Below are positions 11,761 through 26,434 of a DNA stretch of 64,000 nucleotides, one piece after another. Source of the DNA: the human T2T-CHM13v2.0 reference genome, Homo sapiens. The stretch's first letter is position 1, and the number at the start of each line of letters is the position of its first letter. Under the pieces are notes generated by a model. The model had not been told where the DNA came from, searched no databases, and saw only the letters and a list, made by a program, of their open reading frames with translations. Location: assembly GCF_009914755.1 (NCBI RefSeq), contig NC_060928.1. One strand, 5' to 3'. Made by a program: the position numbers and the translations under genes.

Positions 11761-13179
11761 ATATAACATGGTCAAATGGTTTCACACTTGTAAGTGTACT
11801 TCTCTGTTGACAGGTAATTCAGTTTTGATTGGACGAAAAGTGAATGGATGCATGTACCAGTTTGATTTAAGATGGTTTGATTCCTTGTAAATTAAGACAC
11901 AACAAGGAGGCTAATGTGGCAGCAATTGTTGATTTAGGGGGGGCCATTCATAACTGTCACATTACTTTGCCTCGTAATGGAATAGAACTCGGATCCTTCA
12001 GTTTCATCAAAATAATTCCTGAGACATTTACCTAGCTAGCTTATTACCTTAAAGTGTATGGCAGAAAAAGGAACTTAACATCATTAACATGAAGACTGAT
12101 TTATTTTCAGAGGCATCTACAGGAATTTCACATTTAAGATAAAAGTAATCCTAAGTCAAAATGTATCTTTGTTTTGGAAATATTTGTTTTTAATCTAACT
12201 TAACAACAAATACAAAAAAGTTATAGGCTTTAAAAAATCATGCAAAATGTAGAGAAAATAAAGGAAAAATATAATTTTTACTTCGATAACTTACTTTTTC
12301 TTTAATGGACTTTCTCTACTTTTCACATTTTTTCTATATTTTATTATCTATTTTTAATCATTCCACTTACAATTTGTTATAAAATTCTGTCCCTAACTAT
12401 TATAGTTATCTTCTTTATTTACTAAATTGGTATCTATTCGAGTAAGCACCTTTTCTTCTCCAATCTCTCAAGTACGGCCTTTTTTCCAACTCAGAGACTT
12501 AAAAGAGAAGGAAAGTACTTTCTATATATACTAACAGATTGCTTGGAATTTCTGTCCCATCTCACAATAGCAATGCTAAAATCTACCAATGTGAAAAAAT
12601 ATTCTAAAGATCTTTACCTGAGGCTTCTCTACTAGATTTTTCCCCTCTCTTATGTGAAAATGTAATATATTTTATTTATATTAGATGACGTATATTTTCT
12701 TGAATCAAAGATATCTCTGAAAATTGAGTTTGACAGGCAGCCTTTCTTCTCTAAAGAAGGAATTAGGGTGAAGTATGGTGAGAAGGTCTACTTCAAATTG
12801 GAATGGGGTGAAGAAGTGATATGTCCATTCATTTTGGCTTTCTGCTTTTCTAGTGGTGAGAGCTAAACATGAGTACATATTTTAATGGAACAGTACATAA
12901 AATAAGATCACTATGAAGTAGACTTTAAATTTTCACATAAGAGAGGGGAAAAAACATGGCTAAAAAAACCTGCATGGAACTGCTTCCAAGGCATAGATTT
13001 GATTATTCTACCATCTCTGATTCAATGGAAGAATTTCATCTCATAACTTAGAAGCTTGACTTTACCTGTTTACAGCAATACTTCACATTTACTATAAGAT
13101 TTATCTCAAAAGTCTCATATCTGCAATGTAAGCTATAGTTAGATAAGCCATTTATCAAGGATGATTTTACTTTTATTTA

Positions 13180-13504
13180 CTTTTACTTATTTTTAATTTA
13201 TTTTAATTAATTAATTTTTAGAGATAGGGCTTTATTCCATCTCCAGGCTGGGGTGCAGTTGTTGGATCGTAGTTCACCATCACGTGGAACTCCTGGGCTC
13301 AAAGGATCCTCCCACCTCAGCCTCTCTCCCAAGTAGCTAGGACTACAGATGCATGCCACCACCCTGCCCAGGTAATTTTTTTTTTTTTTTTTTGGAGAGG
13401 CAGGGTCTTGCTATGTTGCTCAGGCTGGTCTTGAACTCCTTGCCTCGAGTGATCCTCCTGCCTCAGCCTTCTCTGTTGCTGGGATTACAGCCACTGTGTC
13501 TGGC
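13180..13504 (-). mobile_element. Alu (diverged, AluJ-like)
   Basis: gaactcctgggctcaaaggatcctcccacctcagcc; T-rich tail and linker. Confidence 0.93.
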
Positions 13505-15329
13505 AGATTTTACTTTTAATAATTTTCAGGTTAATAAAAATTTGAACACAAAGTTCTACCAATATTAACATGTTTCCCTCTTCTGGCTTATGTACCAATC
13601 CAAACATTTTACATGATTTACCATGGTGACAAGAAAAAAAAAAACTTTCCACATTTACCTGAATAAAATAATTATTTGTTAAAGTGGGAATTTCAGGAGG
13701 AGGACACTAATTATGCAGATAGACATCTAATTATCTTCACTTGACATTGCACAGCATACTCTGGCAGTAATTGTAACTTGTATAGTATTTCAGACATCAA
13801 ATTGTAAATCTTGAAAACCTCATAGCCACATTTCATCCTACTTAATACCCCTGACCTAGTCTATCAGGCAATGAGATTTTGGTGGACCTTGGCTTGATAA
13901 AAAGTCAGTCTAGCTTTAGGAACTCAAATGATCATGACCAACAGTCAGCATTATCAAAATTGATCAGATAATTGTAGAGTTCCCAAATTGACTTTAGTTT
14001 TCATTCAGCTGATTTCACAGAGAAATTGTCTATTGAGCTTTTGTCTTTTTTATTTTCTTTTTGTATTTTTAACCTTTTCGTGTCCTCATTCCAAAGCCTT
14101 TGCCACACTTTGAGAAGTTATTCACTCTGTGCCTTTACCCTTTCAAAAGCAAACCTCACTTTCCCAGCAGAAAAGGGGATGTTAAATAGCTAACCAAGGT
14201 CCAGAGGATTTGCAACCCAAGCAGCTTTATTTTAATGGAAATTTACAATATCAGCTAAATTGAGCTCTTAGGAAACAGAGTGAATAGGGACTGAACTTAT
14301 GTTTGTTTATTTTCTCTTATCTTTATCCTTTACTCTAATACTTGTTTATAAACTGCATGAAGGAAGGTGATTAGCCAAGATAATATAAATTTTCTAAGCT
14401 GCAGGGAGTGAGGAATGGCTATGAATGTAAAATGTGGAAAGCTATTTATGCTTTCCTTTAACCCTTATTTTATTTTTTCCTGTTGTGTTTGGGTTAAATG
14501 TAAATTGTATTCATTTGTTGATTTTAATATGTGTGACCCACACAGAAATAATTTTATTTATTGAACCTCCTGTGGGAAGATGCTTAATAGTTTATAAATA
14601 TAAAATTGTCCCCAACACTACCAGATGATGCTAAAAGATTTATAGTTTATCCATGATGTTCAGTTTTGTTTTTTCCATTAAGTTATCATGGTTCAAATTA
14701 TCCATTACCAAAAACGTCATGAGAAAGATGCATGAGATCAACAAAGTAATTTCAGATATAATTGTAAAGAGTAGAATGAGTTTTGAAAGACAAAAGTGTT
14801 CATGAGTGCGCCTATTTTTTTTTTAAAAAGTGCATTGTTAAAGAAACACTTGATAAGAAAACTAAAAAAAAAAAATAAAAACAAGATTTTAAAATTTTGT
14901 CAATTTAACTAAAAGTGCATGACCATATCCCAGACTTAGTAAAATTGTTGTAACTTGATAGGATCATGTCATTTTTTTGTGTGCTTTATATAATATTACA
15001 CAAAATATATTTATTGCAATTTTATGGATAGTTATCAAAACTTGACTGCATATTTAAACCATTTTATAATACATTTATGTAGAGGAAGTGAGAGCAAAAT
15101 AGTAGAAAGAAATAAAGTAAGTAGTTGCATAGATCATTTATTTATAGTTCTATCATCTGGCTGTAGAAGGAAAATAATTATTTGAATGCTTCTCCAGACC
15201 CTACAATACAGCTGGAATATGCTCAAATAGCTATTTCTTAAACTGGAGTTTGAGGTCCACTGAGAGAAGACAGACTTTTAGGGTTCTAGGTATTCTATAA
15301 GAATTTTTTTAGTTTTATTAATATAATAA

Positions 15330-15643
<314 letters not shown>

Positions 15644-15861
15644 TGAAACTGAGTTTCATAGAATGAAAGTTTGCTTTGTAAGTCAATGTTTACTCATCTA
15701 TTGTGTGAAAAACTGTATTCTCTGCAGTTTGAAAACATTTTTTTTTCTTTACAAGAGCCCATATTTTACTCGGTTGTGAGAACCACCAAATCAGAGAAAT
15801 GGATAAGTAGCAAAGTATTAAACAATATGAATGATTAAAGTAGAATATATTAGCATATACA

Positions 15862-16090
15862 GAGAGTGACAAACTTTTTCTATAAAGGGCCTGATTATAA
15901 ATATTTTAGGCTTTGTAATTCAAGATTCAAAATGAAGGATATTGTGTAGGTATTATATGACAGGAAAGAATCACATCTTAAGATTTTTTTTTCAATCACT
16001 TAGATGCATAAATACCATTCTTCATTGAGAAGACATACAAAATAGGCAGTGGGGCTGGATTTGGCCAATAGATTTTAGTTTACTGACCAT
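15862..16090. mobile_element. MER58B-like hAT-Charlie MITE
   Basis: caaactttttctataaagggcc...aaatattttaggctttg start; ggctggatttggcc...tagtttactgacc end. Confidence 0.7.
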
Positions 16091-19000
16091 GGTGTACCCA
16101 AAATGATTTCAACTGATACGAATTTTAGAATTTATTACTAAAATTTCCTTTCTTATGCCTTCCTTAAATATGTTCCTGTTTGCCTAGAACAGTGCTGGTT
16201 TATGGCTTTTCCAACACATTCATTATTATTCATGCTTAAAAGTTAAATTATGAGGTCACCCTAGTTATCAGAGTCTTTCCTTCTCGTTGACCAGCTTCCC
16301 ATTGACTAGTTATGTAAAAAATCTCACCCCTAGATCACAAAAGTTTGACTCTGTAAGAGAAGCAGGTCATTGTGCACAATGTCCTCAGGCCACTGGAAAA
16401 AAAGCTCATATCCTGATGCGGTAATCTTCCTCCACTTAAAAAGTTAAAAAAATAAAAAAGAGTGTCTTATTCTAGAAGTGCCCACTTGGGATTAGAGGTG
16501 GGAGATTTGCTATTTTCTATTGGATCAAAAACTTTAACATACTTGTATTTAAATGTTATGGATAAGTTCTCATTATATTGTGTTAAATAAAAAAATGGTA
16601 CGAAGTTTCATATCTAGAGCATGATATGCACAAAATAAAAAGAAGAAATACTGTGATGAACATAACAGCATTCTTGGAGCTTATTTATAATTATTGTTTG
16701 TGTTTTCCAAATTGTACACAATGAATATATTTTATAATAACAATATGAAAAAGTGGACATTTTGATAATATTTTAAAATTATGGGTAGTTCAGTGAATAA
16801 ACTTAAAAATAGTAAAAGACACCACTTAATGTTAAAGCATTGGACATTCTTTATCTGATCATGCCCCCAAAGAAAACTGTATTTCAAAAATGTTAAATTA
16901 TCATTCTCTTATGACATTTCACATTAGCTATTTTCTATCCCAGCAAAGTGAATGATATGCTAAATAACTTCAGAGATTGTTTTTAAACTAATGCAAAGGA
17001 AATAATATTCATGTGAAGGTTAAATGTGAACACTTTTAACTTGGTAAATTAAATGTGAGGCTTATGTTTTGAGGGAAGTATTATATAGCACACAATCATA
17101 CCAAAAAATATCAACTACTATAACAAACCTATTATTTAGGTGATCAACATAGAAACTATGAATAGGTGCTTCGGCATCTTCACTGGATATTTCTATTTGG
17201 ATTCACCAGTATGACTATCTCTAAAGCCTCAATCTGGGAATTATTATAGATTTCAGCTTTGTTGTAGATGGGACGAGTTGATTTTGTTGAACCTCCAAAA
17301 GTGAAGCTATTGAAAAAACTACTATATAAATCTATATCTAGTCTGAGAAACAATATTCTCATTGACTAAAATAATCTGGAAATATAGTTGAAAGCAAAAA
17401 GGATAAATTATCAGTTGAATGGAACAGGTACTGAGATACTGTCAGTCCATAGATGATTAAGAAATGAAAAATGGCAATTGAGAATAATGCTACCATGTTG
17501 GAAAATTTGCTTCAAGGCTACAGATGTTATTGGCAAAAAGAGGATGAAATGGATGAGCAATCTAGCTTTTATCTAGAGAAAGTCAGCCTCCAGTGAACCA
17601 TCTTTTTTTGTATGCCCCTGCTATGTCAATTACTGGGGTTCAGAGAGAGATGTTTAGTATACTGCCTATTGACTTCTTTCCTTAAATTGCCTAGAATACT
17701 CCAAACTCATTATTTCTATTTTTCTCTATATTTTATTAGATGAAAACAAATACTGTAACAGGTGGTTTGATTTTTCTCTCTGCTTGGGATTTATATGTGC
17801 TTCTCAGCCAGCATTTTGTTATCCTCAGCTTTAAAGGCTCTAAGTCATCAGAGAATCACTCCCACTTGACTATAAATATAAGTCAGATGATTATAATGAC
17901 AGTGTCACAGGTGGAAAAATAATCTTCATTCTATTGTAGTCAAGCCCAACACTGACAAAGAATCATACATTGCGTCGGTGTTTCAATTAAGATGAAGGTA
18001 CCAATTTATACTTTAACTCTTCAAGAAGGGCAAGAAGAAATGTATACAGAAGAATATCTTCAGGGTTAATTTCAACCTGAGTTGCAAATATAAAATCCTG
18101 ATTATTCAGGATAGTGAATCAAAGCTGAATTACCGGAAGTTAATTTGGATTCAGCATTTGCATTGCTTGTTTTCACTGGACTCACTACAAAAAAAAAAAA
18201 AAGGACTTGTTCTCTGGCATACTTGTTCATGCACACCATGATGGGAAAGAATTCCTGGAGGTATCACTCTTCTCACACAGATTTACAATCTCCAGCATGG
18301 AGGAATTAGGTGGAACAGATATATTTCACTCATACCTTGGTCAACGTCTATCTAGGAAAGTCTAGATGTTCCTATTAACTCAACATGTATTTGTATCTGT
18401 AATTTGATTCTGTTTTAACCAATATGAAGTCCTGCTTATAACTGTGTGAGGCAGAGGAAAATTTCTAGGCTAAGATTCAAATCAGAAAGCATACTGCAAT
18501 AAGCAACTTCTTCTCAAGGATGTGATACCAACTCTTAGTCTTCTCCAGGTGTGATACTATCTCTCAGTCTTCTCTGATGACCAATTGGAAAAGTCATCTA
18601 GGAAAATGGTCACCATCATTCTAGCTTTTAAAGATGTTTATCCTCATTATCAAATACATAAGAATAATGTAACTAAGGAAACACTTTCTAAAAATGTATC
18701 ATAACCTTGCAGAAAAGTTGCTCATATCTTTTTCCTGAATTTTTTTTGACTTTGTGCATTTCTTCCATGAAATGTGGATGCAATTTATTAGCTTAACAAA
18801 AATAAATGAGACATATACAATGCTGGATGTTTGGGTACAGTGGTGGGCAAGATATGGCTTGCTCCTTCTCTTATAGAGTTATAATCCAGGTGGGAGGTAA
18901 TCTAGAGGAAAAATTATCAAAATTAACAAGAACCACATAACACTTGGTACTTGGTATGTTCAAAGAAAATAACGGTTCTTTGGACTAATGTGTGGGACAT

Positions 19001-19518
19001 CTATCTTGAATTTCTGCAGCAAGAATAGCCACTGAGAGCAAGAGGCATCCACGATCAGGAATGATAATGCACAGTTGGGAGTAGAAGGATGAAGAGATTT
19101 TCAGGCAAAGATAGCAGCATATGTAGGCTGGATGATCTGAGAGAATATGAAGAAGCGAAGAATTGAAAGTGGTTTTTGATGGGGAAATGATAGAGAAGGA
19201 ATGAACATGAAGGAGGAGTTTGGGGAATGAAGGATGAGGGTGTAGGAGTTAAATGTATCAGGGATAGTGGTAAGAAGATGAACCCCCAAGTGGTTGCTCT
19301 CTGTCTCCCTTCCTGGAAAAATATCTGAATATTTTATGATTAAAGAATTGCATTATTTGGTGCCCTCTCAAAGAATTGAGACAGTCTAAGGTAGTCTCTA
19401 TAGTTGTGAGAAGTACGAAAGTTCAGGGTCTATCTCAGCAGCTGAAAAGCCTCCCCTCATGGAACTGAGTGGTTATTCATTATGCCATCCAGGTTTAACA
19501 CTTCTATTCATTCATAGC

Positions 19519-20101
19519 TGTGATGGTTAATACTGAGCGTCAACTTGATTTGATTGAAGGATGCAAAGTATTGATCTTGGGTGTGTCTGTAAGGGTGTTG
19601 CCAAAGGAGATTAACATTTGAATCAGTGGCCTGGGAAATGCAGACTCACCCTAATCTGGGTGGGCACCATCTAATCAGCTGTCAGCATGGCCAGAATATA
19701 AAACAGGCAGAAAAACGTGAAAAGGCTAGATGGTCTTAACCTCCCAGCCTACATCTTTCTCCCATGCTGGATGCTTCCTGCCCTTGAACATCAGACTCTA
19801 CATTCTTCAGCTTTGGGACTCAGACTGACTTCCCTGTTTCTTAGCTTGCAGATGGCCTATTGTGGGACCCTTGTGATTTCATGAGTTAATATTACTTAAT
19901 AAACTCATATATATATATATACACACACACACACATATATACGTATACATACATACACACACATATATACGTATATATATGTGTATATATATACATATAT
20001 ATACACACACATATATATACGTATATATACACACACATATATATGTATATCTACACACACGTATATATACATATATACACATATATCTATGTGTATACAC
20101 A

Positions 20102-20133
<32 letters not shown>

Positions 20134-20180
20134 TATATGGTCTATTAGTTCTCGCCCTCTAGAGAATCCTGACTAATAAA
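19519..20180 (+). mobile_element. MLT2A (HERV-L) solo LTR with internal (TA/CA)n expansion
   Basis: TGTGATGGTTAATACTGAG start, ...ccctctagagaatcctgactaata end, 5-bp TSD atagc/ctagc. Confidence 0.9.
19906..20138. repeat. Compound (TA)n/(CA)n/(TG)n microsatellite, about 230 bp
   Basis: Direct reading. Confidence 0.95.
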
Positions 20181-20540
20181 CTAGCTTAGTCTGTTCAGGC
20201 TACTATCACAAAGTGTCATAGACTGAGAGGCTTATAGACAACAGAAATGTATTCCTCACAGTTCTAAAAGTTGGAAGTCTGAGACCAGGGTACCAGCATG
20301 GTCAGGTTCTGGTGAGAGCTTTCTTCTAGGTTGCATTTCTTTTGTTTTACTGTATTCTCAGATAACTGAAAGAAGATGAGAGAACTCTCTAGGGTTTCTT
20401 TTACAAGGGCATTAATACCATTTATGATGGCTCTACTTTCATGACCTAATTACCTCCCAATCCTTAATACCTTCATATTGGAGATTAGGATTTTAACATA
20501 TGAATTTGGAGGGAGGCACACAGACATTTAGTCCTTAATA
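20181..20540 (-). mobile_element. MLT1A-like MaLR LTR
   Basis: cttagtctgttcaggctactatcacaaag...aacagaaatgtattcctcacagttct...catgacctaattacctccc...cagacatttagtcc. Confidence 0.8.
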
Positions 20541-23500
20541 ATCCCCTTATATCATAGATTCCTTGATGTCTTCTTGGCCACAGCTATGACTTGGCTCATC
20601 TTTGTCTCTGCTTCCATAATTCCTATTGTGGCCTTAGTTGTTCTTTTTAGACATGCTTCCTCCAACAGGGTACCCACTAGCCACAAGTAGCTATTTAAAT
20701 CTGAATTTAATTCAATTAACCTTCTCCAGCATGTGTTCCATTGGACAGGCTTGTTACATTCTGACAGTAGACAGAATGATTGAGTGCATAGACTGCTGGT
20801 CATCCTACTGGCTGCTTTCAGGTCATCCTGCTGCCATCAGTTGAGTGCAGGATAAGGTGAAACAAAGTATGATGATACAACCACAGGAAATTCTTAAATC
20901 TGCTGCTTTGGGCCATAGAAAGAGATGACAGACATTATATCTAGTAAAAGTGACATAGATAGATATGGTTATAAATAAAATCATAGTGACTGGTCTGTCT
21001 GAAGCAGCTGGGGAAGCTGATAAAGAAGGTTCTTTAAAAGTCAGCATGGAAAGATTAAGTGGAGGTAAGAAAACCAATAAGGGGGAAGATAAGTATCTCA
21101 AGCACAGGGAACAGTAATGCTAAAGGTGAAATATATGTAAACAGAAAAATCAGAGGTAGTGCCTGCAAGTATTCAGAATTCCTAGAGCACAATGAGAAGA
21201 GGGGCAGGGTCCCTGTCATCCTATAATACAGCAGTTTTGTAAGTGCTCTGCTTCTTAGCCCCATTTTTCACATCCACGTTGTGTATGATTAAAACTCCCT
21301 TACCTACTGTTAGACACATCACTAATGGTGGACATCTGTTCATTTCATCAACCAAGCCTTTCTTCTGCCATCTCTTGGCAAAATCACCTCAGTTTTCCTT
21401 TGCCAGCTGTCTGTGGTTAAGTGTCTCTATTTTCCCCTGGCCACATACTGGGTAGGGAATTCAAGTTGGGCCAATTTGATCCTCTCTCCAATTTGGAGGA
21501 GAACCCAGAGGCAGAAAATGGTTCAAGCTGATTGATTCTAATTGTGAAGCTCTAACCATTTTCCTTATCTCAGCAGCCTTGAGTCCCAGAGCTGTTTCCA
21601 AGGGGCCCTGAAAGAGTTTACCTAGCATCTGCCTTTTAGTGAGCATTTTAATCCTAAACCTGGAATACCTGCTTAATGGTATTGACTATAGGATCAAAAG
21701 CATGAAAATGCAGAAAACAAATGCATATTCCCAGCATTCTTTTCATATTGTTGTATCATCTGACCTCTCCAGTTGTATCTGCCCCAATGTTTCCCATGGC
21801 TACTCTGCTCTAGTTACTCATGTTTATTGTTTCTGAACTTGCCTTTTATATTTAAATCACTAAGCCATTTTTACACGTTATTCCCTCATCACAAAACATG
21901 TGCTTCCTGAAAACCTACTCAAATCCTGCCCATGGTACAAGGCTTACATCAATCTTAGATTCCCTAGTACCAACTTTGATTGTTTCAACTCAAAAATCAT
22001 CTCTCTATTCCTCGAAACTCTGATTGAGGAGAGGAATATCATTTTTTCATTTATCCTTTCCTATATGAGACAGAGTTTTATAAAACACTCTTAGTTTCCT
22101 GCCTCATATTCCACTCCTCCTCACAGCAGAATGACTTAATTTGTGGATGAGAAACAGACATTAGCCCATTTTATTTCTTGAATCCACACCTTTTAAAATA
22201 AAAAGTATTAAATAAAAAAATAAAACAAAAAAATACAACAAAAACAATGACAAAAATCAAAAGTATTGACCACAGTGGAATAATTCAATCTTTCACCTTC
22301 CTTATTGAAATATTTGCTTCTTGTATTTATATCCCATCTTACAGAACTTGTAGACAGAAAATTAAAATGTTTCTCAGTATCTTTTCCATATCTCTTATTA
22401 TGCAAATGCTAATGAGAAAATATTGGCACCCAAGACTCTGATGGATAAAATCCTTACCATGATATCTTGTCTTTGTTTTTGAGGTCTCCATCTTAAGAGA
22501 AACTATGTTCCAGAACTAAATGATTTCTAGAGTGACACTACATGTAGTTATAGAATAATTCTTGGAAGTAATTGAACACACTTTCTGCTAAATCATTCAG
22601 TATTTCAACAATTTCAGTGTTCACTAATGCACTAATGTTGAGTGACTGGTTGCAGATTAATAGGTGTTTTTATTTACTACTCACAAAAAGGTACTATGAT
22701 TTATAGTAATGCCAAGAGTCAAAAAAAATAGATCATAATACTCTTTTTTGAGACTGTTTCACTATTTATGATATAATTTGACATAGCTTTGAATATGTGT
22801 TTCAGAATCTGTAATACTTAAGAATTAATACCCATAGTGTTTCTTTGAGAATAATATAAATTAATATATGCCAAAATTTTATTTGTTGTAAACATTTTTA
22901 GAATCATTACTTATCTTATCTTACATCTTTTACTGAATTTATGTAAAGAAGTAATTCCACTTACATCTCTAAGCTGGGAGAGAAGAGGTGGCTGTTTTAT
23001 TCTGCCAAAGGAAAAACAAAAAAAGACTGTTGGGCTCCTTCTTGAAATTTTGTGTGAATTTTGCTTAGCCACTCCTGTGTTGTAAAATTAGTCAGTAAGG
23101 GTATCATATATGTCAAAACTTCTTCCATCTAAACTTAAGTAGGCTAACTAAGAGAATAAGGTCTCTGATTTGCATTTTGCAAAAACGGAACTCTACTAAT
23201 GCAAGAGAAGCAATCATGACTTTGAGGATACTCTTTCAAGGAATGATGTACAGTCAGCACTGTCTTTTACAGCCAGCACAATAAATGATCTACAAGAGAA
23301 AATTTTAAATGACATTTCTACTGTAATTCCCATATGCCTTCTCTGTTGTTCTGGATATTTAATTTTAACACTAGACTTTCTTCTTCAGATCCTTTTTTCT
23401 TCTCTTCATGTTTTAATTCAACATGTATGTATGTCTACAGTAAAAGAAAGGTAAAATTTAAACATGTGATTATGTGATCACTCTTGGGTCACTCTGTGCA

Positions 23501-23589
23501 ATTCAATTACAGCTAATTTTCAAATTAAAATAAATTAATTTACTATATTTATTAAACACACACGTATACATATGTATATGATTTTCTAT

Positions 23590-23800
23590 ATGTATGGAAC
23601 TATTCCAAGAGTTTTATGTTTATTAACTTATTTAACCTTCAAAACAATCTTATGAGAATGAATCTTACCATCTTACTTTTCAAGTGAGTAAACTGAGACA
23701 CAAAAAAGTTCAGCAAATTGCTCAAGGTTACCAACAGTGGATTACAAATTCAAACCCAAGACTTTGGCCTCCAGAGTCTGTGCCCCTCGCCACATGATTT
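23590..23800 (-). mobile_element. MIR SINE
   Basis: gagtaaactgagacac...aattgctcaaggttac...ttcaaacccaag. Confidence 0.75.
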
Positions 23801-25977
23801 ACCCTTCATTTATTAATAAAAGTGAAGTCTCATTTGCTCCTGCTCTTCAGACGTATAAGGGTAGGTGACTCTTTACACACAACCTGTCAGAAGCTAAAGA
23901 TAGACTTTCTAAATCTCTGAATGAATGTATCTTTCAAAAAATATTTTCCATAAAACAAACACATTTCATTATCTTGCATAATCTACTGCTGCTTCAGAGG
24001 CTGGGAGAAGCTGACTTCAGGAGTGGTCCCAGGTGAATAGGGTACAGAGCTTTGTGGAACTGCGCCTTTGCCAGGAGTCTTAAATAATTCTGGAGATTCT
24101 GTGAGCACAGTTTTGTGGCCTATTTAATACTACTGGGTTTCTGTAAATTACAGCTTCTATGTCTGTTTGTTTATAATCGATATGTTGCAAATTTTAAAGC
24201 TGTGATTGATAAAAATTCAAGATATCAGGTTTGCAAAAAAAATAAACTCAGGTCAGTCAATATGAGTATTCAAGTCCTAGAAATGTGTGTCATATGGTCA
24301 AGTTGAAGTTGAACTTGATTGTGGATAATATTAATTTACTAACTGAATACTCACTAATTTGAAGAGGGAAGGTATAATTTTTATTTTTGTAATCCTAAGT
24401 ATGAATTCTGATGGCCTTTATATTATAGGATCAACAAATAGACAGGCTTTCCAGCTAGATTCTAAGTTCCGAGAGGACTTAGGACAACCTGTCTACATTA
24501 TTCAATATTATATCACAATAAACTAACCCAGTTTATGACACATAGTTGAAGCCCAGTAAGATGTGAAACATGAAAGAAAGAAGAGAAGAAGGCAGGAAGG
24601 AAGATAGCCCTTTAACTAATTTACAGAAAGCATCATTGAAAATGTGTTCTTAACTGCCGGTTCTATAATGTAATTATCCTCTAAATGAATGGCACCCCAA
24701 TTTTTATTGTGAGTATGTTCAGAAACTTCAGCCTGTTTTAGAAAGGATTTATTCACAAAATTACTTCTTCATTCTAAACTTTCCCCTGTTATATTGTATA
24801 AAAAAGCACTTTGCCACAAGCATCTGTATGCATCTAGAATTTCCATAGGGACAATGTATAAAACTATTTTAGTTAAACACAAGCTTTCTCTCCTTTTTGA
24901 TTGTGAAGATTCAACTTCTACTATTATAAAACGGAGATAAATATGAATCATATTTAAAGGTTCTAAGACAATGAATACAATAGATTCCACCTAATTAAAT
25001 TTAGATCTAGGCTCTAAGAAAATTCTGGTTAAGAGTCTCAAACGCAAGTTTGAGTTATTCCATATTCCAGTCAACATTCTCTTTCCTATCCCATTCATTC
25101 AACTCTTTAAAAATGTTACCACATGTCCCAGATCCTCATCCAAGGTTTGTTTGGGGTTTTTACACAAATAGTTTTTGTCTTCTAAGATAGAGGCTCTTTT
25201 CTATGATTGAAGACATGTCAGCAACTAGAGACTAAGCGGGCTCTTTGGGTCCATTTTGCATTCATGAACCCCTTCAAGCCCGTGGAGAAAAAGTCATCTT
25301 GTGATCCTAGCATGACTAATTTATTCTGGGTTGTGGTTACAACACTAGGGGAAAAAAAAAAATCAAATTCTTAGCTTTAGATGTTTTTGCTTTATGCTGT
25401 GCCACCATTGGAGATTTTTCTAAAGGCTAATGAGGACAGGACTTGTTTTACACAAGGTTTTCTTGTGAATATGCAGTGGGTGGAGGGATTTGAAGGTTAA
25501 TGCATGAACGGAGTTCAGTTACCATGCTTTTCCTTGTTTCCAGGCATTTTAGCTGAGTTATTTATACATAGATGCATTAGATGTCCTGTTATTTTGAATA
25601 AGTGTCTATTTTTAATTAGGCAAGGTACATAAGCATTTTAATTAGATATCTAAATACATCATCTAAAAATTTTCCCCTCAGAAAATAAAAGAATTTCATT
25701 CCTTCTTTATTAAATATAGGGGCAGTAAAATCTTATGAATAGATTTTCAGCTCAAGAGATTGGAATCTTTTTGATATAATACATGCACAGATTATTTCCT
25801 CTTAAATTTATCTAAGCTAATGAAGTGTATGAAAGTAATAAAATTAAACCACAACTTGTTAAGTGTGCTGCAGTACTCCAACATGACCAAGGAAAAAAAC
25901 TTCTACGTTACTGCTGGTGCTCTGAATTAGAGCCTAGTTCGTTCATTTGCTTTATTAATTCAGTGTAAAGAATATAA

Positions 25978-26001
<24 letters not shown>
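25978..26001. repeat. (TG)n microsatellite
   Basis: Direct reading. Confidence 0.95.
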
Positions 26002-26008
<7 letters not shown>

Positions 26009-26053
26009 TTTATATGAAATGAAATGAGCAACAGTATCCTGCTCTACCACCGG

Positions 26054-26176
26054 ATTACTTTAAATGGAGAAAACTGCAATTGCTTTTGCACGAACCTAAT
26101 AGCTGCAAAAGTTATTGCGGTTTTTTCTATTACTTTTAATGGCAAAAACCGCAATGACTTTTGCACCAATCTAATA
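26054..26176. mobile_element. Two adjacent MADE1 (Hsmar1-derived) MITE copies: a right half followed by a near-complete element
   Basis: tgcaaaagttattgcggtttttt...aaaaaccgcaatgacttttgcaccaatctaata matches the MADE1 palindromic TIRs. Confidence 0.9.
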
Positions 26177-26434
26177 TTAAACTAGGGCATAAAAGTAAGA
26201 GAAAAGATCTTTAACCATCAAATTGGATACTAGATCCTGCGCTTTTCAAAATATCGTTAGCATATCTAAATCTCTAGGTTTTCTACGTATTTTAATTGCA
26301 ATCAACCAACTAAAATGTATTGTGGTATTGCTCATAATGCTTAGTTTTCTTAAATAGAAGTTAAACTCTGAATGAAATTATGGCCATGGCCTTCTAAATG
26401 GGACTGGTGACGGGTGTTGAGGAAGCATGGCTGT

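Larger units (their letters stand above)
7831..11785 (+). other. PCDH7: PCDH7 long 3'UTR (3' end approximate)
   Basis: Follows the stop codon; AU-rich with no recognisable interspersed repeats; several AATAAA, the distal pair being AATAAA 11724-11729 and ATTAAA 11755-11760, followed by GT/T-rich sequence. Confidence 0.7.

Noticed and set aside
19879-20176. CVYI/HTY-rich ORFs
   Set aside because: Translations of a dinucleotide microsatellite
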